A stretch of DNA of 62,169 bases from a candidate division WOR-3 bacterium (GCA_965649225.1 CBFGJX010000016.1:1-62169), one strand, 5' to 3'; positions 28,500 to 39,259 are shown, counted from the stretch's first letter. The notes: generated from the sequence alone by a model not told the origin. A program made the numbers and translations.

Positions 28500-30289
28500 T
28501 GCCGTACCTCCGTCGCCGCCGTCAGGTTCTGCAATGCCTGCGCCACTTCATCCGCGAGCGCGGCAATCGCTCCGGCGGCCTCCTTTTCCGCCAGGTACTT
28601 CATCCGGGCGATGCGGTCACGCACCGGCAGGTTTTCGATTGCCTCGATGTCCGCGCCACGGTCGAGCGCCGCGCGTGCCTGACGGTAGAAATTCATGATT
28701 ACGCTCAGCATCGCTGCCTGTTTGGCCAGCGAGGAATAGGTGTCGATATCGTGAAAGGCATTCTGATGCAGAAAGTCTTCGCGCAGGCTGCGGGCGGTCT
28801 CCAGGATCAGCCGGTCTCCCGCCGACAGCGTGTCGCGACCGACCAGCCGCACAATCTCTTCCAGCTCGGCCTCTTTCTGCAGCAGCGCCAGTGCCTCGCT
28901 GGAATCAGCGGCAAAGTCCGCTCCGGCCAGCCGCTCCAGCGCCGGCCGGGTTACATCGCGGTAAAGCGAGTAGGAATTCAACCAGGAAATCGCCGGAAAG
29001 TGCCGGGCAAAGGCCAGCCGGTCCTCCAGCGACCAGAAGACCTTGACCACCCGCAGGGTCGCCTGAACCACCGGATCGTTGAGGTCGCCACCGGGTGGCG
29101 AGACCGAGCCCACAACCGACAGCGTGCCCTCCATCGCTTTCCCGTCCGGACCGCAGCCCAGACACAACACCCGGCCCGCCCGCTCGTAAAACTCGGCAAC
29201 CCGGGTTGCCAGATAGGCCGGGTACCCCTCTTCACCCGGCATCTCCTCCAGTCGTCCGGACATTTCCCGCAGCGCCTCGGCCCAGCGGGAGGTGGAATCG
29301 GCCTGCAGTGCCACCGAGTAGCCCATGTCGCGGAAGTACTCGGCAATCGTGATGCCGGTGTAGATTGATGCTTCCCGCGCCGCAACCGGCATGTTTGACG
29401 TATTGGCGACCAGCACCGTCCGCTTCATCAGCGGCTCGCCCGACTTCGGGTCCTTCAGATGCGGAAACTCCTTCAACACGTCGGTCATCTCGTTGCCACG
29501 CTCACCACAGCCGACAAAGATGATGATTTCCGCGTCCGACCACTTGGCAAACTGATGCTGAATCACGGTCTTGCCCGAGCCAAACGGCCCGGGAACACAG
29601 GCGGTGCCGCCCTTGGCAATCGGGAAAAACGTGTCAATTATCCGCTGCCCGGTTACCAGCGGAAAGTCCGGCTGGAGCCGCTGTCGGACCGGTCGGGGAC
29701 GCCGCACCGGCCAGCGCTGCATCAGCGACAGTTCGACATCGCCGTCGTCGGTGGTCAGCACGGCAACGGTGTCGGCAACCCTGAACTCGCCGGCTTCAAT
29801 CCGGCGCAAGCGGCCGGCGCGGCCCGGCGGCACCAGAATCCGGTGGCGCACCAGCACGGTCTCCGCCACCTCGCCCAGCACATCGCCCGGACCAACCGTA
29901 TCACCCGGCCGCCGGAACGGTTCGAACTTCCAGCGCCGCTCACGGTCAAGCCCGGGCACATCAATGCCGCGGGTGATGAAATCACCGGCCTGGCGCATTA
30001 CGGCGTCGAGCGGACGCTGAACACCGTCGTAGATTGACTCGATCAGACCCGGGCCGAGTTCGACCGACAGCGGCTCGAAGGTCGGATAAACCGGGTCACC
30101 CGGTCCGACGCCGCCGGTTTCCTCATACACCTGGATTGAGGCCCGGTCGCCTTTCAGCTCGATGATTTCTCCGATCAGCCGCTGGCTGCCGACCCGGACC
30201 AGGTCGTACATCTTTGACCCGACCATCTGTTCGGCGACGACCAGCGGGCCCGAGACCTTGACAACTACTCCCACACTGTCGCTAGCCAA
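28496..30289 (-). CDS. ntpA: V/A-type ATP synthase subunit A
   Basis: [42 protein letters not shown]; no intein seen. Confidence 0.97.
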
Positions 30290-30319
30290 ATCTGTTCCTC
30301 CCGGTCTGCTCTCCCGGCA

Positions 30320-30643
30320 TCACTCGCGAAATACATCGGCGCCGACTGCGCGCCGCACAATCTGCCGCAGCCGCTCGATGCCGTGTCCGCCTGCCCGGCT
30401 CGGCAGCTCGACGATCGACGGCGTCGCCTGACGCCGGTACCGTTCCAGCAACGGCGCCAGCGACTCCGCCAGGTCATCAGTATAGAAAATCACCCGGCAA
30501 CCACCGTCGGCCAGCCGCTTCACGGCCGCCAGCGCCTCCGGCCCGGGCTCGGCCGCCAGCGCGGCAATGCCGGCGGCGGCAAACGGCATCACCACTTCCG
30601 CCCGACCGACAACCGCAACCGACGGCACGCCGTCACTCGACAT
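30320..30643 (-). CDS. ntpF: V/A-type ATP synthase subunit F
   Basis: VAVVG...FAAAGI...IVELPS...IVRRAVGAD; directly before subunit A. Confidence 0.85.
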   Translation of the reverse strand: MSSDGVPSVAVVGRAEVVMPFAAAGIAALAAEPGPEALAAVKRLADGGCRVIFYTDDLAESLAPLLERYRRQATPSIVELPSRAGGHGIERLRQIVRRAVGADVFRE

Positions 30644-31643
30644 AGGCCACCAGCTCACGGGTCAGCGCCGGTGTCTGGCCGGTGCGTACCGCGGCGAAAA
30701 TGCCGCGCAGGTTGCGCAGCTCATTGAGACGGTACAGGTGAAACGCTGCCAGCGGCTCGTGGCCAAACACCGCGTAACGGGCCGCGGTCAGCCAGCGCAG
30801 CTCCGCCTCACGGCTCAAACGTTCCCAGCGCAGGAATGAACCTTCACTTCGGTACCAAGCGATACCTTCGGCGGCAATGTCGGCCGCCGGGCAGTCGCCC
30901 AGAATGCCGGGCAGTAACTCCCAGTCGGCGGCGAACGCCGCCTGCAGTTGGTGCCGGTCAAGCGTGCCGCCGGGCAGTATCACCTGCTCAATCGTGCTCG
31001 CGACGGCGCCGAACCGCTTTAGTCGCGCGACCATTATAACGTTTGTCAAATCGGCCCGCAGTCGCAGCAGGCCGACCAGAAAATCACTCGCCCGGACCGC
31101 CGCCAGTCCCAGCTCCTGCTCCAAGCGGTCGAAGGCAATGTCAATCTCGTAGCCGCTCGGCCGGTTATCGCGCGCGGCCAACAGCTCCGCAACCAGCAGT
31201 GCCGCCCGGCCGGCATCACCGGCAGTCTGCTCGCCACGCACTGCCTGCGCCAGTACCGAATCGGACCAGCTGCCGCCGGGCAGTGGCGTCGCCCTGTCAC
31301 CGCCGAGCGAGGCCTTGAGCAGCCGCTTGATGTTGACGATGTCCACCGGCAGCCGGAAGAATCGTTCCAGCCAGGGGTCAACGGCATTCTGGCACAAAAA
31401 TTCAGTGTAGTCGATCTGGGCGAGCTGAACCGCCTGGTCAAAAGATTGAGATTGGTCAAGGTAGCGGCCATAGTTTGTCTCGTGCAGGACCGAAAGGAAG
31501 GCGTCGGTATCCCGACACTGGACCAGCTGCTCATACCTGGAGCGGCCCAGCAGCAGTGTTTCCAGCGAACGCACCCGGCCAACGGCAAAGCCGTACGCCG
31601 GATTTTCGCTCAGTCTTACCGTCTGGTCTGTACGCAGAAACAT
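30633..31643 (-). CDS. ntpC: V/A-type ATP synthase subunit C
   Basis: YGFAVGRVRSLETLLL, LHETNY, FGHEPLAAF...NELRNLR. Confidence 0.85.
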   Translation of the reverse strand: MFLRTDQTVRLSENPAYGFAVGRVRSLETLLLGRSRYEQLVQCRDTDAFLSVLHETNYGRYLDQSQSFDQAVQLAQIDYTEFLCQNAVDPWLERFFRLPVDIVNIKRLLKASLGGDRATPLPGGSWSDSVLAQAVRGEQTAGDAGRAALLVAELLAARDNRPSGYEIDIAFDRLEQELGLAAVRASDFLVGLLRLRADLTNVIMVARLKRFGAVASTIEQVILPGGTLDRHQLQAAFAADWELLPGILGDCPAADIAAEGIAWYRSEGSFLRWERLSREAELRWLTAARYAVFGHEPLAAFHLYRLNELRNLRGIFAAVRTGQTPALTRELVAYVE

Positions 31644-31689
31644 AATATAGCTCCGGCGTGGTATCTAGTCAACCCGTCGGTTTGCTATA

Positions 31690-31930
31690 GCAGTTCCAGT
31701 AGAAACACCACACCCGCCACATCCATTTTTATCTATTTTTAGAGGGTTACCATTTAGAGTTGGTAATCAGGATTCAACAAGTTGTTAGATAGATAATCTG
31801 GTGTTGTTGTTGGGCTGTTGATAGTGTTGATGGTGAAAGCAAGTCTTTGTGGGGTAGTGGTTTGGAAGACGGTCGTTTTGTGGGCTGGCGGCCACGGATT
31901 GTGGCTTGGCTGTTGCTGGTCTGGCGGTCA
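31690..31930. other. Putative oriC part downstream of dnaA (AT-rich DUE-like tract, degenerate DnaA boxes)
   Basis: AT-rich tract at about 31720-31800 in a GC-rich window; TGTTGATAG and TGTGG-like repeats; strand skew appears to change here. Confidence 0.6.
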
Positions 31931-31939
31931 ACACAGTCG

Positions 31940-33289
31940 TCAACGGGTTATGCCCCGACTTATCCGGTCAAGCCGGGACGCCAAGCCGGGGTCAGTCAGG
32001 CGTTGCGTCTGAATCTTGTTGACGGCGTGGAGCACTGTCGAGTGGTCCTTGCCGCCGAGCAGTTGACCGATTTCCTTCAACGACAGGTCGAGGACAGTGC
32101 GCAGCAGGTACATCGCACACTGGCGAGCCAGTGCCAGCTGTTTGGTGCGGCGACTGCCGCGCAGGTCAGCCGGTGTCACGCCGAAAGCTTCGGCGCAGAG
32201 GGAAATTATCCGACCGTGGTCGGGTGCTGCCGGCGGCGGCAGGATGTCGGCCAAGGCTTTGGCGGCAACGCTGACCGTTACCGGCGCGCCGCTGAGCGAT
32301 GCCATGGCGGTGAGCCGGATCAGAGCGCCTTCAAGGTCTCGGACACTGGTCTGTACCCGCGAGGCGATGAAATAGGCCACATCGTCAGGCAGGGCAAAAT
32401 GGTCGTCTGCCGCCTTCTGTTTCAGGATGGCGATTCTTGTCTCCAGTTCGGGCTGACCGACATCAACCACCAGGCCGCTGCCCAGCCTTGAAACGAGCCG
32501 GTTCTCCAGCGTCGGTATCTCGCGGGGCGGGCGGTCGCTGGTAAAGACGACCTGACTGCCTACCTCCTGCAAGGCATTGAAAATATGGAATATCTCTTCC
32601 TGGAGCCGCTCCTTGCCGACAAGGTAATGGATGTCGTCGAGCAGCAGGATGTCCAGCGCACGATAGCGGTTCTTGAACTGCAGCCGGGTGTCCTTTTCGA
32701 TGGACTGAATCAGCTCCAGAAACAGCGCTTCGGCTGGCGTGTAAAGCACTTTCAGGTCCGGACGCAGAGCAAGGGCATGGTTGCCGACCGCCTGTAGCAG
32801 GTGGGTTTTGCCCAGGCCGACGCCGCCGTAGATGAACAGCGGGTTGTAGTTGCGGCCCGGGTTCTCGGCGACGTTGCGGGCAGCGGCGCAGGCGAAGCGG
32901 TTGGACTCGCCGACGACAAAGCTGGCAAAGGTATAACGAGACTGGAGCCGGCAGGAATCAATCCTGGGGCGGCCGGCAACGGTAACCGGCGGAGCGGACG
33001 AATCCTGGGGTGCGCGGGTGGCGTCGGCGCGGTAAATGACGGCCAGCTGTCGGCCGGCAGCCTCGAGCAGCGCAGAACTGATGTCGGCGGTATAGTGCTG
33101 GGCAAGCCAGTCGGCGAAGAAGCTGTTGGGTACGCCGACAACAATGGTTTCACCGTCCAGACGCAGTCCGACTGTTGGCTTCAACCAAGTGTCGAACCCC
33201 TCTTTGTTGACCCTGAGCCGGAGGTAGGCCAAAGTATTATTCCAAATTTCGGCCGCATTTGCAGTTGCCAGTTCACTGGCGGTAGGCAT
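31940..33289 (-). CDS. dnaA: Chromosomal replication initiator DnaA
   Basis: YTFASFVVGESN, YNPLFIYGGVGLGKTHL, LLLDDI, RDLEGAL, GGKDHSTVLHA. Confidence 0.98.
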   Translation of the reverse strand: MPTASELATANAAEIWNNTLAYLRLRVNKEGFDTWLKPTVGLRLDGETIVVGVPNSFFADWLAQHYTADISSALLEAAGRQLAVIYRADATRAPQDSSAPPVTVAGRPRIDSCRLQSRYTFASFVVGESNRFACAAARNVAENPGRNYNPLFIYGGVGLGKTHLLQAVGNHALALRPDLKVLYTPAEALFLELIQSIEKDTRLQFKNRYRALDILLLDDIHYLVGKERLQEEIFHIFNALQEVGSQVVFTSDRPPREIPTLENRLVSRLGSGLVVDVGQPELETRIAILKQKAADDHFALPDDVAYFIASRVQTSVRDLEGALIRLTAMASLSGAPVTVSVAAKALADILPPPAAPDHGRIISLCAEAFGVTPADLRGSRRTKQLALARQCAMYLLRTVLDLSLKEIGQLLGGKDHSTVLHAVNKIQTQRLTDPGLASRLDRISRGITR

Positions 33290-33392
33290 CCTCTCCCCTT
33301 TCCGATCGTTATCAGCAAGCCCGGTTCGGTAGTCCCCGAGTTGAACCTGACCAGACAATGTTGTTCACTGCTTATCGTGTGGACTACCCAAG

Positions 33393-33475
33393 TTATCCAC
33401 AGGGTTATCCACAAGCCACCGCCGCTAAGTAACTGGCGCAAAAAAGGATACGCCACCACCGCGGCGATTTCCACA
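33393..33475. promoter_or_regulatory. DnaA boxes upstream of dnaA
   Basis: TTATCCACA at 33393-33401 and 33405-33413; ATTTCCACA at 33467-33475. Confidence 0.85.
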
Positions 33476-33504
33476 TAGACATTACTACAACCGATTGTCA
33501 GCGG

Positions 33505-35889
33505 CTAGTTGCCTGAGCGCATCATAGGCGGCAAAGTCCCGCTGTCAAGACTCAAGCGGCGGCCAGCGGGCGAAAACCGACTGCCTGTAACGGTACGGTC
33601 GAGAACTGCCGCCAGAGCCTGACCGGTGGCAATGCCGCCGTCATTGGGCGGTACCGCACAGTTGGTCAACACCCGGATGCCGGCCCGGCGCAGTCGAGCC
33701 GTTATCCCACGGCGAAGCAGACTGTTAACCATGGCGCCACCAGAGAGCGCGACCGTTCCGGCACCGTGCTTTTCTGCCAGGCGGCGGGCGAGACAGGCCA
33801 GTGCCGAAACGACGGTGTGATGGAATCTCGCTGCCAGCTGGCCGGGCGCCTCGCCCCCTGCCGCCGCCGCGGCGAGCGCAACGAGGCAGTATCGTGGGTC
33901 CCAGACCAGCTGAGAGAGGGCAGGCTCTGGCTCGGTGCGGCCTGGTGTTACCAGTGGGCCGCTCGGTTCGTGGTGTTCGGTAATGTCGGTTGCCCGGAAC
34001 CAGCCCGGGCAGAGACGCTTGCCGGCAACGGTTTCCAGTCGGACCGCGGCTTCGCCTTCGTAGCTGGCATGACGGCAGACGCCGGTGATTGCCGCGGCAG
34101 CATCGAACAGCCGGCCCAGAGACGAGGACAGCAGTTTTCCGGTCGGCGGCGGGCAGGGAAGCCCAAGGCGCGCGGCCAGTCGCTTCTCCCCTGTCTGTGC
34201 AAGGTAGGAAGCGGCAACCCGTGCCGGGTCGGCAAGTTCGGCAGCGCCGCCGGCTTCTTTGAGGTATGCCAGATGGCCGACACGCAGCCACTGGCACTCG
34301 GATTTGACCAGAAACAGCTCGCAACCCCAGACATTGCCATCGGCACCCCAGCCGAGTCCATCGGCGGCGATGCCGATGACCGGTTCGTCCAGCCGGTGTT
34401 CCGCGACCACCGATAAAACATGGGCAAGGTGATGCTGGACCCGGACCAACCGTGCACCATAGCGCTCGGCGATGGTTTCAGCCAGCCGGGTCGAGAAAAG
34501 GTCCGGATGCAGGTCGCAGGCGACCAGCTTGGGTCGAAACCGGTACCAGCCGGACATGCGGTCGAGGGCCGATAGAAAGAACTTCTCGGTCCCGGCCGAA
34601 TGCATGTCGCCCAGATAGGTCCCGGGTACAATCCGATCGGCAAAGGCAAGCGCAAATGCATTGCGGCCATCGGCGCCTGCGGCAAGAACCGGATGTTTCA
34701 CGTGAAACACCGGGGCAAGCTGGATTGGTACGGGCACGTAGCCCCGGGCCCGCCGGATTACCACCGGTGCCCGGCCGGCCAGAACCACCGAGTCGTCGGC
34801 ACGGTTGGCAATCGGCCGGTTGTGGGTAATGATGACATCGGCCGCCGGACGGGCGGCATTGATGAGTTCGCTTTCATCGAGGGCGATCGGCTCGCCGGGC
34901 GGGTTGGCGGATGTCATCACCAGCGCCGGTATCGCCGGAGGGAGAAGATTAAATAGCAATTGGTGCAGCGGTGTGTACGGCAGCATTATCCCCAGCCGGT
35001 CAGTGCCCGGGGCAATCAGCGGCGATACTGGCGCTTGGGGCCGTCTCCGGAGCAAAACGATCGGGGCGCTGCGGCTGTTGAGTAACGAGCGGCCAGCAGG
35101 CGTAAGATGGACAAGTTTCGCAGCCGAGCGGATTGAAGCGCACATCAGCGCCAGTGGCTTGGTCGGCCGGTATTTCAGACGCCGCAGGCGGGCAATGGCC
35201 TTGTCGTTGTCGGCCCGGCAGGCGAGCTGGAAACCGCCCAGGCTCTTGATGGCGACTATGCCACCGCGGACGAGGAATTTGACTGCAATTGCCAGCGGTT
35301 CGCCGGTAACCGGTTCGCCACGGTGGTTCAGGGCGGTAAGGGCTGGGCCGCAGTCGGGACAACAGATGGGCTCGGCGTGGAAGCGCCGGTCGGACGGGCT
35401 GTTGTACTCGCGTCGGCATGCCGGGCAGAGCCGGAATCCGGCCATGGTCGTATGCGGGCGGTCGTAGGGCAGCGAGTTGATGATAGTGTAGCGCGGGCCG
35501 CACTGGGTACAGTTGGTAAACGCGTAGCCGAACCGGCGTTCGGATGGGGAACTGATTTCGTTGGCGCAGTCCGGGCAAAGGGCGAGGTCAGGGGTGGCGT
35601 CAAGGAGCCGACCGCCAGGGTTGCGGCTGGCGCGGATTGAAAAGCCTTTGATGGGGGCGCGGTTGACCGTTTTCTCGTGCCAGCTGGTGATGACAGCTAG
35701 GGGAGGCGGCTGCCGGCGCAGGCGTTCAAGCAGTTCACGGGCGCGCGGCCCCTGAGCGACAACGGTTACCCCATCGCCGGTGTTGGCGACCGTGCCGTCA
35801 ACGCCCAGCCGCGCAGCCAGACGCCAGACCCAGGGGCGGAATCCAACACCCTGAACCCGGCCGCCGATTTGCGCAACACAGGTCGGCAC
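33505..35889 (-). CDS. hypF: Carbamoyltransferase HypF
   Basis: GRVQGVGFRP, two CxxC...CxxC Zn fingers, CDLHPD, QHHLAH, SSLGRLFDA, PPNDGGIATGQ. Confidence 0.96.
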   Translation of the reverse strand: MPTCVAQIGGRVQGVGFRPWVWRLAARLGVDGTVANTGDGVTVVAQGPRARELLERLRRQPPPLAVITSWHEKTVNRAPIKGFSIRASRNPGGRLLDATPDLALCPDCANEISSPSERRFGYAFTNCTQCGPRYTIINSLPYDRPHTTMAGFRLCPACRREYNSPSDRRFHAEPICCPDCGPALTALNHRGEPVTGEPLAIAVKFLVRGGIVAIKSLGGFQLACRADNDKAIARLRRLKYRPTKPLALMCASIRSAAKLVHLTPAGRSLLNSRSAPIVLLRRRPQAPVSPLIAPGTDRLGIMLPYTPLHQLLFNLLPPAIPALVMTSANPPGEPIALDESELINAARPAADVIITHNRPIANRADDSVVLAGRAPVVIRRARGYVPVPIQLAPVFHVKHPVLAAGADGRNAFALAFADRIVPGTYLGDMHSAGTEKFFLSALDRMSGWYRFRPKLVACDLHPDLFSTRLAETIAERYGARLVRVQHHLAHVLSVVAEHRLDEPVIGIAADGLGWGADGNVWGCELFLVKSECQWLRVGHLAYLKEAGGAAELADPARVAASYLAQTGEKRLAARLGLPCPPPTGKLLSSSLGRLFDAAAAITGVCRHASYEGEAAVRLETVAGKRLCPGWFRATDITEHHEPSGPLVTPGRTEPEPALSQLVWDPRYCLVALAAAAAGGEAPGQLAARFHHTVVSALACLARRLAEKHGAGTVALSGGAMVNSLLRRGITARLRRAGIRVLTNCAVPPNDGGIATGQALAAVLDRTVTGSRFSPAGRRLSLDSGTLPPMMRSGN
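33521..33548 (-). promoter_or_regulatory. Candidate dnaA sigma70 promoter
   Basis: TTGACA-16-TATGAT within the 3' end of hypF. Confidence 0.6.
34694..34709. promoter_or_regulatory. parS centromere site (inside hypF)
   Basis: Perfect palindrome TGTTTCACGTGAAACA. Confidence 0.9.
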
Positions 35890-35927
35890 CCGGCGCCGAC
35901 CTGTGTTGGTAAGACTATGTTTTGTCG

Positions 35928-37100
35928 TCAGTTAGCTTGCTGCTCCGGCTTCTGGTCTGTCCCGGACGACTGAGCGGATTCGGGTTCGAAGATTTCGTCT
36001 TCCTCGTCGGGCAGCTCAAGGATATTTTTGTCGTCCTTTTTCTGTGCCAGTACGGCGTAGGTCAGCGTCATGCCGGAGAACCAGACCGAGAAACCGTAGG
36101 CCAGTACCATCAGCGCCACGGCGTAGTAACAGATGCCAATGAGCAGGGCGGTAACGTCCCCACTCCAGCCGGTTGAGATGTAGTCGGCCGGGAAGAGAAT
36201 CTGGGGCAGTCCGAGCAGCTCTACCTGCCGCAGGAAGGTATACTGCAGAACTGTTGGCCACCAGTCAGGCAGACCGACCTTGAAGAAGAAGCCGGCATTG
36301 GCAAACGCTTCGGAAATCTTCGGGCCGGCAATCAGGCTGAGAATCAGGTGGGCAATCCGGCCGGCAAAGGTCGAGGCCAGGGCCAGCAGAAACATGCCGA
36401 ACCGGGCCAGAACCGCAACGGTTGCACTGTACCAGACCAGACGGCCGGGTTGTTCGTTGACGCAGGAGAATACCTCGAAAAGGGTATCGAAGGTGTCGGC
36501 ACGGGACGCTCCGACAACGCTTGGTCCCATTGCCAGCGTTGCTGCCAGCACCACCAGCAGGTAGACAATGAACAGGGCGGCGAAAAACGAGACAATCCCC
36601 AGCAGGCCGATGGTCAGTTCGCCGACATACGGTATCGCCCCGAAGAGGCTGACCAGCAGGCCGCCGCCAACCAGAAAGGCGATGAAGGCGGCAATCAGCA
36701 GCGGGCTGCCGAGGACGCCGCCGAGGTTGCGCAGGGCGAACCGGAAGGCTTCGCTGGCCTCGAAAAACTCGTCCCCGCGCAGGCCTTCATAGGCTACCTT
36801 GGAGACGGCGGCACCGGTGACCAGAAAGGCGGCGACAAGAATCAGTACGCCGGCGGCATAGAGCAGCCACGAGTACCACGGGAAAGGATAGTAGTCCGGC
36901 AGGGGAAATGGCAGCAGCCGGAAGCGCTCCCAGACGACGAGGAGGTCAGTGCCCGACACCAGATACGCCAGATAGGTAAAAAGCGAATAGCAGCCGAGGC
37001 CGAACAACAGGCCGAGTGCCATCATCCAGATCTTTTTCGCCGAGAACCCCAGGCGCAAGGCCCGAAAGATGTCCTTGTAGCCGAAGTGCAGACTTGTCAT
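35928..37100 (-). CDS. Multi-pass membrane hypothetical protein
   Basis: 390 aa, several TM helices, AAGGAG RBS. Confidence 0.8.
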   Translation of the reverse strand: MTSLHFGYKDIFRALRLGFSAKKIWMMALGLLFGLGCYSLFTYLAYLVSGTDLLVVWERFRLLPFPLPDYYPFPWYSWLLYAAGVLILVAAFLVTGAAVSKVAYEGLRGDEFFEASEAFRFALRNLGGVLGSPLLIAAFIAFLVGGGLLVSLFGAIPYVGELTIGLLGIVSFFAALFIVYLLVVLAATLAMGPSVVGASRADTFDTLFEVFSCVNEQPGRLVWYSATVAVLARFGMFLLALASTFAGRIAHLILSLIAGPKISEAFANAGFFFKVGLPDWWPTVLQYTFLRQVELLGLPQILFPADYISTGWSGDVTALLIGICYYAVALMVLAYGFSVWFSGMTLTYAVLAQKKDDKNILELPDEEDEIFEPESAQSSGTDQKPEQQAN

Positions 37101-37124
37101 GCCACTCTCCTTTCAGCCTGCCCG

Positions 37125-37262
37125 CTAGCGGCGGGCAAAGAACCCCCGAAAAGCCAGGTAGACCAGTGCCAGCAGCCCGGCCATCATCACCAGTATCAGC
37201 CCGCGCAGCAGTGGCAGCCGGTACTGCCGGCGCGGGAAGAAGCGGCGCTCGAACTTTATCAT
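37125..37262 (-). CDS. Small single-TM hypothetical protein
   Basis: MIKFERRFFPRRQYRLPLLRGLILVMMAGLLALVYLAF. Confidence 0.45.
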   Translation of the reverse strand: MIKFERRFFPRRQYRLPLLRGLILVMMAGLLALVYLAFRGFFARR

Positions 37263-37315
37263 CGGCGAAGTTTGGGCAGCGGCACGGGCAAATGGTAACC
37301 TGAATGCCGGTACTG

Positions 37316-38269
37316 TCAAGACAACGGACGGTTGGCGCCGGTAATCAGACAGACCGCAGTGCCGGTCGGGGGCGCAAGCCGGGCTGCGGCCAGACTGAGA
37401 GCGCCGGCGCCTTCGGCGACAATGCCCTGTGCCGCCAGTTCGGTTATCGCCGCGGCGACGTCATTTTCGGAAACATTTATGACAATGTCAACTATTGATT
37501 GTAAAGCTGGAAACAGGGCATCGGTGACAAACGGCACGGCGACGCCGTCACAGACCGTCGGGGTGTTTTCTGTCCAGACCGGGCGGCCGGCGGTCAAGCT
37601 GGCCGACAGCGCCGGGCAGGCGGCAGCTTGAACCCCGACAATCTTCACTTCCGGACGCAGCGTCTTCAGCAGGCCGCCGACACCGGTGCAGAGTGCGCCG
37701 CCGCCGACCGGGATATAGACACTCTCGAAACTGTCTGCCTGCTCCAGCAGTTCCAGTGCGATGGTTGCGTGGCCGGCAATCATTGCCGGTTCGGTCCAGG
37801 GATGCAGAAAAGTCCAGGGCTCCCTTTGCCAGCCGGCGGAAAACAGCCAGTCGGCCATTGCCGCAAACGGTACCAGCACCGGCTCGACCCCGGCGGCGCG
37901 CAGGGCCGCCACTTTCACTTCGGGTGCATGGTCAGGGAGCAGGCTGCGACTGACAGCGCCGAGCCGGCGGGCACACCAGCCCAGTGCCAGTGCGGTGTTG
38001 CCGGCACTGAAGGTGGCAAGCCCGCGACTGACTTCGGCCGGAGTCAACTGTGCCGCCCAGTTCCAGACGCCGCGCAGTTTGAACGAACCGGTCGGCTGGA
38101 CGGTTTCCAGTTTGAGCAAAATCCCGGGTGACCCGCAGCAGGGGACGAGCGGCGAGGAGACGGCAATGCCCTGCAGTCGTGCCCGGGCTGCACGGGTCGC
38201 GGCCAGAGACGGCGGCTGAACCGGCTGGCAACCCCAGCCGGTAGGCCGATCCGAAAGCGCTGGCTGCAT
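37316..38269 (-). CDS. Threonine/serine dehydratase-like PLP enzyme (fold type II)
   Basis: KLETVQPTGSFKLRG, FSAGN, PVGGGAL, AEGAGA, ITGAN; start approximate. Confidence 0.88.
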   Translation of the reverse strand: MQPALSDRPTGWGCQPVQPPSLAATRAARARLQGIAVSSPLVPCCGSPGILLKLETVQPTGSFKLRGVWNWAAQLTPAEVSRGLATFSAGNTALALGWCARRLGAVSRSLLPDHAPEVKVAALRAAGVEPVLVPFAAMADWLFSAGWQREPWTFLHPWTEPAMIAGHATIALELLEQADSFESVYIPVGGGALCTGVGGLLKTLRPEVKIVGVQAAACPALSASLTAGRPVWTENTPTVCDGVAVPFVTDALFPALQSIVDIVINVSENDVAAAITELAAQGIVAEGAGALSLAAARLAPPTGTAVCLITGANRPLS

Positions 38270-38569
38270 TGGGGTGAGGATACGCCTGTCCCTGGCGGTA
38301 GTAAAGTGCCGCCGGGGCAAGTGCACTGGCAGCCTGTTGAGATTAGAGTCGATGACCGGTCTGCGGGCGACAATCCGAGCCAGTGCCTGTCGTGCTGCCA
38401 GCAGCGCCGGTGCCGCAAAAGGCGATTTTTATCAGAGACTTAAATAACTATTGCCAATTGCCGGTAACTGATTTGCGGCGGGGCAAGGGTTGGTTACCGG
38501 ACGGTCGCCGGGGCGGCGGGTGAGGCCGATTGCGCAATGGTTCAGCGCCGGCCCGTGAAGCGGACGGGG

Positions 38570-39259
38570 CTAGAACAGCGAGCCCGGGTCTTGGGGTTTC
38601 TGGTGTCGGGGTTTCGGCGGCAAGCCGGCAGTGCGCCGGTAGCGTGGGCTGGTGTCGGCAATTGGCCAGGAGTCTTCTTCCACGTGCGCGGTCCAGTAGT
38701 CGGCCCAGTGCAGCAGCAGTGTCAGGGGTTCCTCGTCCTGGGCGACCGCGGCGTTGTCGCTGATGTACTGGCCGTCGTGATAGACGATGGCTTGGGCTTC
38801 GACATCGCTGAGAGAGATGTATTTGGCCACGAGATACAGGCTGCGGACAGCGATCCCGAGCGTGACTTCGTCCGGATTGACGATGAAGTTGGCTTTACGG
38901 TTCTTGCGCTGCCATTCATCGGGGTTGGGCAGGTAGCGGGGAACGCCGGGCATGCCGACCTTGCCCGCGTCGTGAAACAGACCGACGATGACGCAGGATT
39001 CTTCGCTGATTTCCGGAGCGAGGCAGGCGCGGAGCCGGAGCAGGTTTTCGGCGACGCCGACCGAGTGGCGCAGCAGTCCGCCTTCGGTGTTGAGGTGAAA
39101 GCGGGTGCTGGCCGGGGCCGAAAGCCAGGCGGTTTCCTGTTCGAGCATCCGGATGAATTCGTCGAATTCGGATCGGCGCTCGATGACCTTGGCCTGCAGC
39201 GCTGCGTAGCGCTCGAGCACCTGTTGCATCGGGGCAGTGGCGGCGGGTACTCGCTCCAT
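38570..39259 (-). CDS. HD-domain metal-dependent phosphohydrolase
   Basis: APASTRFH...GGLLRHS, LFHDAGK, IVYHDG, LHWAD. Confidence 0.85.
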   Translation of the reverse strand: MERVPAATAPMQQVLERYAALQAKVIERRSEFDEFIRMLEQETAWLSAPASTRFHLNTEGGLLRHSVGVAENLLRLRACLAPEISEESCVIVGLFHDAGKVGMPGVPRYLPNPDEWQRKNRKANFIVNPDEVTLGIAVRSLYLVAKYISLSDVEAQAIVYHDGQYISDNAAVAQDEEPLTLLLHWADYWTAHVEEDSWPIADTSPRYRRTAGLPPKPRHQKPQDPGSLF

